In this document: positions 12,173 through 21,365 of the stretch, one piece after another
Layout of the letters: the number at the start of each line of letters is the position of its first letter
How positions within the stretch are numbered: the stretch's first letter is position 1
NCBI GenBank assembly: GCA_964484505.1
Contig: CAZAFB010000003.1
Coordinates: 37,044-101,043 of the forward strand
DNA from: an uncultured Bdellovibrionales bacterium
Lineage (GTDB): Bacteria > Patescibacteriota > Minisyncoccia > Moranbacterales > GWC2-37-73
Reading direction: 5' to 3'
Length of the DNA stretch: 64,000 bases
Made by a program: the position numbers and the translations under genes
Notes under the pieces: generated by a model
What the model was told of the DNA's origin: nothing
The model's input: the letters and a program-made list of their open reading frames with translations, nothing else
Databases searched by the model: none

Positions 12173-12635
12173 AACACTGCTAAGTGAAAAATTGAGGCGT
12201 GGGAGATGTTAACTGACATCGACCGCGCCTTTTATTTTGCAAAGAAATTTCTTGAATTTCTTTGCACGCGGACAGATGCGGACGAGACGCAGAATTACGC
12301 GGAAAAATATCAAAACCGATTCGAATCTACGAATATCCGCAAATAAACTAAAAATGCAAAATACTTCGATACTCGAAAGTATCAAAGTATTTGACCAATT
12401 TATTTTTGAAGAAATTTTTTGATAAAAAAACAAAGCCATATGGCCTTGTCCTTATGTGCCGCGGGAGAGACATCTCACTCGCTCTGACTTTCAGTCTGAG
12501 CTCTTTGAAAACCCACGGTTTTCAAGACTTTCCTTCACGGGAAAACTCAGGTTTTCCCGACCCCTTTCCTGGTTCGAGTCTCCAAAGAAATAAAATTTAA
12601 AAGCCAACTATAAATAGTTGGCTTTTAAATTTCAG

Positions 12636-12719
12636 TACCGCGGGAGAGACTCGAACTCTCATGATATTGCTATCGCTGGATTTTGAGTCCAGTGCGTCTA
12701 CCAGTTCCGCCACCGCGGC
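12636..12719 (-). tRNA. tRNA-Leu(CAA), type II with a long variable arm
   Basis: Manual fold: acceptor GCCGCGG/CCGCGGT, D-loop GAACTGGTAGA, anticodon stem CTGGA/TCCAG with loop CTCAAAA, variable arm GATAGCAATATC, T-arm GAGAG-TTCGAGT-CTCTC. Confidence 0.75.
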
Positions 12720-12866
12720 GAGTATTGATATTTAGGCTATTCCAAGCCTTTTTACCTCTATATGATAAACGATTGAAAAGAGATTGTCAATGTGATAATA
12801 TAGATACGCGGTTAAGGTTATGGTAACGAGGCCAGTATCGTAAAAGGGTGATGATAACACGTCAAA

Positions 12867-13271
12867 ATGCAAGAACCAAAACAAACAATTAAAAGTTTTC
12901 GTGATTTGGAAGTTTATAGAAATACATATGATGCTAGTATTGTGGTTATGAAAGAAATAGTGCCGTTGCTTCCGGATTCGGAAAAATATGATCTTAAAGA
13001 TCAATTATCCAGATCAAGCAAAGCTGTTCCGCGGCTCATTGCTGAGGGTTATGCAAAAAGACATCAGAAAGCAGGATTCCAAAAATATCTAGACGATGCC
13101 ATGGGAGAATGCAATGAGACCATAGTTGGACTTGAACAATGTTGTGATATTTATGATATCAATAAAGAAAAATGCCAAAAATTAATTGACACATATGATA
13201 AGTCTGGAAGACAATTATACAGATTGTCAGAAGCATGGAGTCGATTTAAAGACGGAAGACGTAACCATTAA
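12867..13271 (+). CDS. Four-helix-bundle protein (23S rRNA intervening-sequence protein family)
   Basis: FRDLEVYR ... DLKDQLSRSSKAVPRLIAEGYAKRHQKAGFQKYLDDAMGECNETIVGLE matches the IVS four-helix-bundle family. It is flanked by an imperfect inverted repeat, GGTTATGGTAACGAG and ATCGTTACCGTTACCC. Confidence 0.7.
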   Translation: MQEPKQTIKSFRDLEVYRNTYDASIVVMKEIVPLLPDSEKYDLKDQLSRSSKAVPRLIAEGYAKRHQKAGFQKYLDDAMGECNETIVGLEQCCDIYDINKEKCQKLIDTYDKSGRQLYRLSEAWSRFKDGRRNH

Positions 13272-13313
13272 ACGAAACGGGCATCGTTACCGTTACCCTT
13301 TGACGAAGCAAGT

Positions 13314-14084
13314 ATGGCTAAGATAATTTCACTCATCAATCAAAAAGGCGGAGTGGGGAAGACGACCACTGCCATAAATCTCGCAACTTATTTGGCGGAT
13401 GCCGGTAAGCTTGTTTTGCTCGTTGATCTTGATCCGCAGGGGAATGCCTCCTCTGGACTGGGCATTGATGTGCGCAGCGTAACCCAGGGCCTCTATCATG
13501 CCATCATTGGTACTTGTAACCCCCATGATGTAATTGTGAGAATGAAAGAAATCGGACATGACATCATTCCAGCAACTCAGGATTTAGCAGGGGCGGGTGT
13601 TGAATTGGTGCACTATGACAATCGCGAGTTCAAACTATATGACGTGCTCAGACAAATCCGCACCGAATATGACTACATTATCATCGACAGTCCGCCTAGC
13701 TTAGGACTCCTAACCATAAACGGTTTGGTGGCGAGCGACGCAGTGATCATCCCGGTGCAGACAGAATACTTTGCTTTGGAAGGATTGAGTCAACTTTTAC
13801 AAACCATACAGCTCGTGCAACAGCATTTGCAACCGAAACTGGAAATTATGGGCGCAGTGCTCACTATGTATGACCGAAGGAATCGTTTGTCGCGCCAAGT
13901 GGTCAAGGAAATGCGAGAGCATTTTCCGGGGCATGTTTTTGATAGTGTGATTCCGCGCTCTGTTCGTCTAGCGGAAGCACCAAGCTATGGAAAATCCATT
14001 CTTAATTTCGATAGCCTTTCCAAAGGCGCAAGATCTTACAAGGCTTTAGTGAGGGAGATATTGGAAAAAGACAGTAATAAGTGA
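13314..14084 (+). CDS. parA: Chromosome partitioning ATPase ParA/Soj
   Basis: Deviant Walker A KGGVGKTTTAINLA. Confidence 0.9.
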   Translation: MAKIISLINQKGGVGKTTTAINLATYLADAGKLVLLVDLDPQGNASSGLGIDVRSVTQGLYHAIIGTCNPHDVIVRMKEIGHDIIPATQDLAGAGVELVHYDNREFKLYDVLRQIRTEYDYIIIDSPPSLGLLTINGLVASDAVIIPVQTEYFALEGLSQLLQTIQLVQQHLQPKLEIMGAVLTMYDRRNRLSRQVVKEMREHFPGHVFDSVIPRSVRLAEAPSYGKSILNFDSLSKGARSYKALVREILEKDSNK

Positions 14085-14213
14085 TTTTTTTATAGTACTT
14101 TCTCTACGAAGTGCGAACAGGTACGAATGTACAAATGTGTTTATCGATGTTTCGTAATTTCGTATGGTTCATAATTCATAGAGTGAAAATTTAACTATTC
14201 AAAACTATTTTCT

Positions 14214-15137
14214 ATGGCTGCTCAAAATTTTGGTCTCGGCAGGGGATTATCATCACTTATACCTAACGCAGGCACTGCGCCACAGACAGATGCGCCGGTA
14301 GGAAAACGTCCCGTGATCGGCGAAGATGATTCGATTCGCGGTGACAAATATGTCGTGGAAATCGATATTGACTCAATTGTGCCAAATCCGCAACAGCCGC
14401 GCATCCGTTTTGACGAGGAAAAATTGGCCGACCTGGCTTCATCAATCAAAACACATGGAATCATTCAGCCGTTAATAGTAAGTCGCGATGGCAATCAATA
14501 TGAAATTATTGCCGGTGAGCGTCGTTATCAGGCGAGCAAAATTGCCGGACTGAAGAAATTGCCGGTGATTGTTCGTGAAGCCGGGGAATTAGAGAAGCTT
14601 GAGTTGGCGATAATCGAAAATATTCAACGTCATGACCTTAATGCAATTGAAGAGGCGAAAGCATATCAAAAATTGATAGATGAATACCAAATGAATCAGG
14701 AGGAGGTTGCTTTCAAGATGGGGAAGAGTCGCAGCTTGGTAGCTAATAAAGTGCGTTTGTTGTCGCTGCCTGTGGAAATTCAACGGGCGCTTATTGAAGG
14801 CAGGATTACCGAGGGTCATGCAAAGGCGATTTTGGCAATTTCCAACCCTGAAAAACAACGCGCTCTATATGAACTTATTCTCAGAGATAATTTGACCGTA
14901 CGCCAAACTGAAGACAAGACCAAAGATATTTCGGTCAAACCGCATAAACGTGTCGTCAATGTCGACCCTGCATTAAAAGAAATTGAAGAAACTCTGATTG
15001 GCGCTCTTGGCACGAAAGTTAAAATTTCCAAAGCCGGCAATGGCGGGAAAATCGTGATTGAATATTATTCGCAAGAAGATTTGGATGCGCTACTAAATAA
15101 GATACGAACCACTGAAAATATAAGAACCACTGATTAG
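14214..15137 (+). CDS. parB: Chromosome partitioning protein ParB/Spo0J
   Basis: GLGRGLSSLIP, the ParB box IAGERRYQASKIAG and an HTH. The last codons and the TAG stop lie inside the repeat-family-A terminus. Confidence 0.9.
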   Translation: MAAQNFGLGRGLSSLIPNAGTAPQTDAPVGKRPVIGEDDSIRGDKYVVEIDIDSIVPNPQQPRIRFDEEKLADLASSIKTHGIIQPLIVSRDGNQYEIIAGERRYQASKIAGLKKLPVIVREAGELEKLELAIIENIQRHDLNAIEEAKAYQKLIDEYQMNQEEVAFKMGKSRSLVANKVRLLSLPVEIQRALIEGRITEGHAKAILAISNPEKQRALYELILRDNLTVRQTEDKTKDISVKPHKRVVNVDPALKEIEETLIGALGTKVKISKAGNGGKIVIEYYSQEDLDALLNKIRTTENIRTTD

Positions 15138-15619
15138 CACGTGATTAAAATGATTGCACTGATCATAAATGCAGCATGAAAAAATATGTTGATGACAAAT
15201 ATTATAAATCTGAAGTAACCGGCAGCATAATTAACTGCGCGCAGAGAGTTCATCGCGAGCTAGGCAATGGATTCCAAGAAGTCATTTATCAAAAAGCTTT
15301 AGAAATAGAACTAAAACGTGCTGGCCTAAAGTTTGAACGAGAAAAGGAGATGGCTATTTATTATGAAAACGAACTCATCGGAACCAGGAGAGTTGATTTT
15401 CTTGTTGATAAGGATATTATGGTTGAACTAAAAGCAACTACAAAACTGGAAGACGTCAATGTGGCACAACTCATAAACTATATAGAGGCATATAAGGTAA
15501 AAGTAGGCCTGCTTATAAACTTCGGCTCAAAAAGTTTGGAAGTGAAACGTTATGTAAAATGATCCCTATCACGTGTAATCAGGGAAATCAGTGCTAATCA
15601 GTGGTTCTCTAGTGGTTCT
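15122..15619. mobile_element. Family A element carrying a GxxExxY (PD-(D/E)xK-like) gene between 21-bp terminal inverted repeats
   Basis: Left end AGAACCACTGATTAGCACGTG (15123-15143). Right end CAGTGCTAATCAGTGGTTCTC (15589-15609), plus a partial second copy TAGTGGTTCT. 19 of 21 positions match as a reverse complement. Confidence 0.55.
15176..15562 (+). CDS. GxxExxY family protein (PD-(D/E)xK nuclease-like fold)
   Basis: NGFQEVIYQKALEIELKRAGLKFEREKEMAIYYENELIGTRRVDFLVDKDIMVELKA ... GLLINFG matches the GxxExxY family. Confidence 0.75.
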   Translation: MKKYVDDKYYKSEVTGSIINCAQRVHRELGNGFQEVIYQKALEIELKRAGLKFEREKEMAIYYENELIGTRRVDFLVDKDIMVELKATTKLEDVNVAQLINYIEAYKVKVGLLINFGSKSLEVKRYVK

Positions 15620-17093
15620 TTTTCAGCGCTCTTCTTATGTGGGATTTTGCCACAGAAGTGCGCGCGAACTTAAGCCAGTCGCCATTGGGCGATTTTCTAT
15701 CTTTGGAAGTTATAATCTCGATCACTTGTCCGTTTTTGATGATGTGATCCAATGGTATCATCTTCCCGTCAGCCTTGGCGCCGACCGTGTGGTGTCCGAT
15801 TTCGCTGTGGATGGCATAGGCGAAATCTATAGCGGTGGCTTCCTCCGGAAGATCGATAATATCGCCGCGGGGAGTGAATGCAAAAATGTGATTGCGAAAA
15901 AAATCTATTTTCAAGGTTTCCAAAAATTCTTGATCATCTCGACCTATTTCCGTTTGCCACTCACGCAATTGTTTGACCCAAACCAATTCTTTTTCGGTAA
16001 CAAGCGGCTTTTTGCTCATGAATAAAATATTTTTCCAGCTTTTTTTGGCTTTTTCACTATAAATCCAATGTGCTGCAATACCGAACTCGGCTTCATCATG
16101 CATTTTCTGAGTGCGTATTTGTACTTCCAAAATTCTGCCTTCCGGACCGAAAATAGTGGTGTGAATGGATTGATATCCATTTGGTTTAGGCAGGGATATA
16201 TAGTCCTTTATTCTACCGATCATGGGGCGATATTTTTTGTGAACTATGCCCAACGCCTCATAACAATCAGTAACTTCCGGTACTATTATGCGCACTGCTG
16301 AAAGGTCATAAATTCTGTTTATATCCATGTCGTGCTTCTTGAGTTTTTCAAAGAGACTATAGAGACTTTTGGCTCTCCCGTGAATTTCCAAGACGCTTAT
16401 ACCAGCATTGGCCAATTCTTTGCGAAGCTGTTTGATCGCCTGATTCACATAAACCTCTCGCTCCTTGTAACTTTTTTTAACCAATTCCTCGGCGTAGACA
16501 TAATTTTCATGGTCAAGATATTTAAAAGAAAGGTCTTGCAATTGAGTTTTGATTTCGCCGATTCCCAAACGGTTTGCCAGGGGCACAAAAACTTCCATGG
16601 TCTCGCGGGCGATGCGCTGCTGTTTTTCCGGGGGGTTGTGTTCCAGTGTCCGCATGTTGTGCAGGCGATCCGCCAGTTTTATGATAACGACTCGGATATC
16701 CGCAGCCATGGCCAAAAACATTTTGCGCAGATTTTCCAAAAAATATTCTTCATGGGAACCACGCAATTTCAATTTGCCCAATTTGGTTACGCCGTCAACC
16801 ATGTGAGAGATTTCACTATCGAAATTCCTTTCAATTTCTTCCAGAGTATATGCTGTATCTTCGGGAACATCATGAAGTAATCCAGCAGCTATTGTTTTAG
16901 CTCCCATACCTATTTCAGCCAGAATTTTCGCTGTTGCCAGGGGATGTTGAATATAGTCGTCGCCACTGCGTCTTTTTTGACCGCAGTGCGCTTTTTTGGC
17001 AACCTCAAAAGCCTTGCGGATTAAGGCATCTTTTTGCTTGTCCAAAGGGAATTTAAACGCTTTGATAATATCTTCAATGACTAATTGCTTCAT
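15609..17093 (-). CDS. Bifunctional (p)ppGpp synthetase/hydrolase, RelA/SpoT family, no ACT domain
   Basis: HD domain (HDVPED), synthetase domain and TGS domain. The stop codon lies in the family A repeat. Confidence 0.9.
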   Translation of the reverse strand: MKQLVIEDIIKAFKFPLDKQKDALIRKAFEVAKKAHCGQKRRSGDDYIQHPLATAKILAEIGMGAKTIAAGLLHDVPEDTAYTLEEIERNFDSEISHMVDGVTKLGKLKLRGSHEEYFLENLRKMFLAMAADIRVVIIKLADRLHNMRTLEHNPPEKQQRIARETMEVFVPLANRLGIGEIKTQLQDLSFKYLDHENYVYAEELVKKSYKEREVYVNQAIKQLRKELANAGISVLEIHGRAKSLYSLFEKLKKHDMDINRIYDLSAVRIIVPEVTDCYEALGIVHKKYRPMIGRIKDYISLPKPNGYQSIHTTIFGPEGRILEVQIRTQKMHDEAEFGIAAHWIYSEKAKKSWKNILFMSKKPLVTEKELVWVKQLREWQTEIGRDDQEFLETLKIDFFRNHIFAFTPRGDIIDLPEEATAIDFAYAIHSEIGHHTVGAKADGKMIPLDHIIKNGQVIEIITSKDRKSPNGDWLKFARTSVAKSHIRRALKKNH

Positions 17094-17257
17094 ACAAAAA
17101 TACTGCAATTAAAAGCTGGCTCGTCTTTAGTATAGAGGATAAATCTTCAAATGGCTACCATCGGCAATAAAATTAGGAGTTACGTGTTATAATAAATTTC
17201 AAACAAATATTATTTTTTGCTGAAATTTTAAAAATTAAAACGAGCAGATCCTAAAAA

Positions 17258-17290
17258 TAAAAAACCGACCCGTGAGAGATCGGTAAAAAA
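17258..17290 (-). terminator. Terminator downstream of topA (hairpin ACCGATCTCTCACGGGTCGGT followed by a T-run on the minus strand)
   Basis: On the minus strand the stem precedes TTTTTTATTTTT. On the plus strand it is followed by an A-run, so it could be bidirectional. Confidence 0.5.
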
Positions 17291-17304
17291 TATTTTTTAG
17301 AACA

Positions 17305-19542
17305 TCAACTTTCTTTTTCGTAGGAGCATTCTTTGTTGGAACATTTGATTTTGCCTTTTGGTGCAAATCCCAAAGGTTGGCCGCACTGGGGGCAAAGTTC
17401 TCCTGTCGGCTTGTTCCACATCACGAAATCGCAAGCGGGATATTTATTACAGCCATAGAATGTCTTGCCTTTTTTGGATTTACGCGCGATGACATCACCT
17501 TCTTTGCATTTAGGGCATTTGAGACCGGTCTTCTGCTCAATCTTCATGATGTTCTTGCATTCCGGATATTTACTGCAACCCAAAAATGAGCCGAAACGTC
17601 CACGCTTGACCACCATCGGTGCGCCACATTTGTCGCAGACAATGCCGGAATTTTCTTCATCCTCCTTTTTTTCCTCAGCGGTCTTTTCTGTATATTTGCA
17701 AGTGGGATAGTTGGTGCAAGCGATGAATTTGCCGAAGCGCCCATATTTGAGCACCAAATCACCGCCACATTCAGGACATTTGCGATCAAGTTTTTCCTCC
17801 TCTTTTTTAACGGTTTTGGTTTTTTCCTCCAATCTTTCGTGGAACGGCTCATAAAAATCTCGCACCACGGGAACCCATTTTTTGTTGCCTTCAGCGATTT
17901 CATCAAAATCCTGTTCAAGTGTTGCAGTGAAGCCAGTATCCACTATCTGAGGAAAATGTTCCACCAGCATATCGTTCACCAAAAAACCGATTTCCAAAGG
18001 GAAGAGTCTTTTCTCTTCATTTTTTTCCACATATTTGCGGTCGATGATCGTGGAAATGGTTGGCGCATATGTGGAAGGTCTGCCGATACTGTTTTCTTCC
18101 AAAACTTTCACCAAGGTTGCTTCACTGTAGCGAGGTGGGGCTTGAGTGAATTTTTGGTTGGGAATTATTTCTTTGGCAGTCAAGGCGTCGCCTTTTTTGA
18201 GCTCTGGCAAAAACGCTTCGGCGCTCTGGGCGCGACCCTCATATATTTTGAGAAAGCCGTCAAAAATGACGGTACTGCCATTGGCGCGCAGCAGATAATT
18301 ATTTTCAGAAGTTTTGGCTGTGATGTCTGCTTTCACCGATTTCAATTTGGCCGGCTGCATTTGGCAGGCAAGCGTGCGGTTCCAAATGAGCTTATATAAT
18401 TTGTATTGGTTTGGTTCCAGAAGCGGCATTAGTTCGTCGGGATTTTTTTCCGGGTATGTCGGGCGGATCGCTTCGTGCGCTTCCTGAGCGGATTTTGATT
18501 TATTTTTGTAATAGCGCGGCGCTTCCAAAGCATAGTTTTTGCCAAACTCTTTTTCAATCGTCTTTTTGGCATTGACTAGAAATTCCAAGGAAAGATTGAG
18601 ACTGTCCGTACGCATGTAGGTGATAAAACCCTCTTCGTATAATCTTTGTGCGATGGACATGGTTTGCTTAGCGGAAAAGCCATGGGTATTTATGGCAGCT
18701 TGCTGCAAGGTGGAAGTGGTGAAAGGCGCTGGCGGGGTGCGCAGAGTTTCTTTCTCCTCGACATTTTCAACGGAGTAGCTTGCTTTTTCCAGCTCAGCCA
18801 CTATTTTTTCAGCATCTTTTTGGTTGGCAATGATGCTTTTTTTGGTTTTATAATCGCCGGCAAAAAGTTTGAGCGTCACAGTCTGTTCTGTTTTTTCTCC
18901 ATTTTGCTCGACAAGGTTGGATTCAAAAGATTCTTCATTCTTGAGCAATTTGGCAGTAATAGTCCAGTATTCCTCCTTATTGAATTTTTCAATTTCACGT
19001 TCTCGTTCCACGATCAAGCGCAGAGCGACTGATTGCACGCGTCCGGCGCTGAGACCACGGCGCACTTTTTTCCAAAGAAAGGGCGATAATTCATAACCGA
19101 AAAGGCGGTCCAACACTCGCCTTGCTTGCTGAGCGTCGACCAAATTGAGGTCGATCTCCCTTGGGTTTTCCAAAGCTTTTTCAATTGCACTCTTGGTGAT
19201 TTCATGAAAAACGATGCGTGAAAAAGGCTTTTTGTTTTTTTTCTTGAGATCGAGAGCTTCCACCAAATGCCAAGAAATCGCTTCTCCTTCACGGTCTTCG
19301 TCGGATGCCAGAATGACTTCCTCGGCTTTTTCCAAACCTTTCTTGAGTTCGGTTACTTTTTTACGCGCAGCCATCGGCACGATATATCGTGGCGTAAATT
19401 CATGCTCAATATCGATGCCCATTTCGCTCTTGGGCAGATCGCGCACGTGTCCAAATGATGATTTGACCAAATAATCCTTCTTGTTCAGGAATTTGGTAAT
19501 GGTTTTGGCTTTGGTTGGGGATTCGACAATTACGAGCTTCAT
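17305..19542 (-). CDS. topA: DNA topoisomerase I with C-terminal C4 zinc ribbons
   Basis: Toprim N-terminus MKLVIVESPTKAKTI and several CxxC...CxxC zinc-ribbon repeats at the C-terminus. Confidence 0.95.
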   Translation of the reverse strand: MKLVIVESPTKAKTITKFLNKKDYLVKSSFGHVRDLPKSEMGIDIEHEFTPRYIVPMAARKKVTELKKGLEKAEEVILASDEDREGEAISWHLVEALDLKKKNKKPFSRIVFHEITKSAIEKALENPREIDLNLVDAQQARRVLDRLFGYELSPFLWKKVRRGLSAGRVQSVALRLIVEREREIEKFNKEEYWTITAKLLKNEESFESNLVEQNGEKTEQTVTLKLFAGDYKTKKSIIANQKDAEKIVAELEKASYSVENVEEKETLRTPPAPFTTSTLQQAAINTHGFSAKQTMSIAQRLYEEGFITYMRTDSLNLSLEFLVNAKKTIEKEFGKNYALEAPRYYKNKSKSAQEAHEAIRPTYPEKNPDELMPLLEPNQYKLYKLIWNRTLACQMQPAKLKSVKADITAKTSENNYLLRANGSTVIFDGFLKIYEGRAQSAEAFLPELKKGDALTAKEIIPNQKFTQAPPRYSEATLVKVLEENSIGRPSTYAPTISTIIDRKYVEKNEEKRLFPLEIGFLVNDMLVEHFPQIVDTGFTATLEQDFDEIAEGNKKWVPVVRDFYEPFHERLEEKTKTVKKEEEKLDRKCPECGGDLVLKYGRFGKFIACTNYPTCKYTEKTAEEKKEDEENSGIVCDKCGAPMVVKRGRFGSFLGCSKYPECKNIMKIEQKTGLKCPKCKEGDVIARKSKKGKTFYGCNKYPACDFVMWNKPTGELCPQCGQPLGFAPKGKIKCSNKECSYEKES

Positions 19543-19672
19543 AATGCTAATTGTTGCTAATGATAAATACGAATGAACGCTAATAATATATGCTAATTAT
19601 TGCAAATAAATAAATGTGAATGAGTTTACTTTTCAGCAGCTTTTGTGTTTATGATTTGCGAAAATTAGCATG

Positions 19673-20752
19673 CTAGAGTCTGATGAAATTATGCCCACCC
19701 ATATCTTTTACCGCTCCTTGCATTTCCAAAATGGAGAGCGCAGAAATGACAGTCGATGTCTCCAGTTTAGAGAGTTTGATTATTCTGTCAACGTGAACGG
19801 GTTCAGAAGAAAGTGTCTCATATATTTTTTGATGCTCTTTGTTTTCAAATTCGCGCTTTTCAGTAGGTGGAATAATATCTGCACTACCCAAGGAAAATTC
19901 TTCCAAAATATCATTGGCACAAGTCACTATTTTTGCACCGTTTTTGAGTAGAAAATGTGTGCCGAAACTTTGCGGAGAAAGGATTGAACCGGGAACTGCG
20001 AAAACTTCTCTCCCGTTTTCCAAAGCATGATTTGCAGTAATAAGACTGCCGCTGCCTTCTGCCGCTTCAATAACTATTGTACCCGCAGTCATGCCAGCCA
20101 TGATACGGTTACGAGCAGGGAAAGAGCCATTGGTGGGTGGTGTGGGCACGGGATGTTCACTTATGATTGCGCCGCCATTAGCGATTATTTCATCGCCCAA
20201 ATTGGCATTGGAGCGAGGAGTTATATTATCGCGATCGACACTACTGCCAAGTACGGCAACAGTTAGTCCGTTTGCAGCAAGCGTACCGCGGTGCGACTCG
20301 GCATCGATACCGAGAGCCAAGCCACTGACTACGATTATTCCGGCGCCGGCCAATTCATGAGAAAGTGTTTTAGCGACGTGCAGGCCATATGATGTGCAAT
20401 TGCGAGATCCTACGATGGCAAGCATTTTTCCACCCAATACCGATGCATCACCTCGTATATATAATAGGTAGGGAGGATTATGAATATGCTTAAGCAGGGG
20501 AGGATAATCCGCATCTTTTATTGTTATGATTTTGATTTCCGCTTGTTCATTTCTTGCCCACAATTCGTCGACATCCATCTTTGCACGTTCTTTTACTATA
20601 TTTTCCGCGATTTTTGCGGTGATGCCCGATTTCTCGAGCTCAACAAAATCAGCAACCCAAGCAGATTGGGCGGAGGGGAAATAGCTCATGAGCAAAGTCA
20701 GCTTTTGCGAACCGACGCCGGAAATGAAGTTGAGAGCATTTAAATATTTCAT
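19673..20752 (-). CDS. dprA: DNA processing protein DprA/Smf
   Basis: Rossmann-like DprA core (GLALGIDAESHRGTLA) and a C-terminal winged-helix domain. Confidence 0.85.
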   Translation of the reverse strand: MKYLNALNFISGVGSQKLTLLMSYFPSAQSAWVADFVELEKSGITAKIAENIVKERAKMDVDELWARNEQAEIKIITIKDADYPPLLKHIHNPPYLLYIRGDASVLGGKMLAIVGSRNCTSYGLHVAKTLSHELAGAGIIVVSGLALGIDAESHRGTLAANGLTVAVLGSSVDRDNITPRSNANLGDEIIANGGAIISEHPVPTPPTNGSFPARNRIMAGMTAGTIVIEAAEGSGSLITANHALENGREVFAVPGSILSPQSFGTHFLLKNGAKIVTCANDILEEFSLGSADIIPPTEKREFENKEHQKIYETLSSEPVHVDRIIKLSKLETSTVISALSILEMQGAVKDMGGHNFIRL

Positions 20753-20950
20753 AAACCGATCCGAAACTACGAATTATAGCCTAATCTACGAATAGAAAGC
20801 CTTTTTGCTGGGAAACTTAACATGGGAATAATTAATAAAAACTTTGTATTTTGTTTGGTTATTTCCAACTATACCACAAACAGGCAAAAACTCATTGTTT
20901 GGAATGAGTTTCTGTTGTATAATTAAATTACTTATATTTGAGTGAAAAAT

Positions 20951-21355
20951 ATGCCCCAAAAAAATAAAGCATCCGTATTAGTCTACTCACTGGTTATTCT
21001 TTCGGTGATGCTTTTAATAGCGCTTGCAATGACGACTTCTTCGATAACAGATCTTACGACCTATCAAACTTCTGCAAAATCTAACCAGGCCCTCCAGGTT
21101 GCGGATAGCGGTTTGAACAAAGCTGCAACTTTCATCAAAGAAAATGCAACTGGTAAAATCAAGGATTTGGGAGCTTGCACGGAAGGGAAAGTCATCTTTG
21201 ATATAGCGGGAGGAAAATGTGAGATCACTTTCTATGATTCTGCAGGAAGTCTCATAAAAAATTGTGAAACCCCTTGTTTTTCCGTGGCCAGGATAAAGTC
21301 TATCGGAAAATTCGGAGGAACGGCCAGAGCTCTGGATGTACAAGCTTTTCATTGA
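20951..21355 (+). CDS. Type IV pilus minor pilin-like protein with a PilX N-terminal-like domain
   Basis: Hydrophobic N-terminal helix (VLVYSLVILSVMLLIALAMTTSS), then SNQALQVADSGL resembling the PilX_N motif QAxxxAEAGL. Divergent from dprA. Confidence 0.45.
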   Translation: MPQKNKASVLVYSLVILSVMLLIALAMTTSSITDLTTYQTSAKSNQALQVADSGLNKAATFIKENATGKIKDLGACTEGKVIFDIAGGKCEITFYDSAGSLIKNCETPCFSVARIKSIGKFGGTARALDVQAFH

Positions 21356-21365
21356 TTGGCAAAAT

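Noticed and set aside
12530-12595. T-arm-like sequence CCTGGTTCGAGTCTCC suggesting another tRNA
   Set aside because: No complementary T-stem, acceptor or D-arm can be formed. It is part of the hairpin cluster with a partial tRNA-Leu 3' duplicate.
14085-14213. Search for parS (TGTTTCACGTGAAACA-like) near parAB
   Set aside because: No 16-bp palindrome close to the consensus was found in the spacers inspected. Only ACGAA-type words were seen.
16332-16880. 182 aa ORF antisense to relA/spoT
   Set aside because: It is embedded in a conserved 499 aa RelA/SpoT homolog. It is a shadow ORF.
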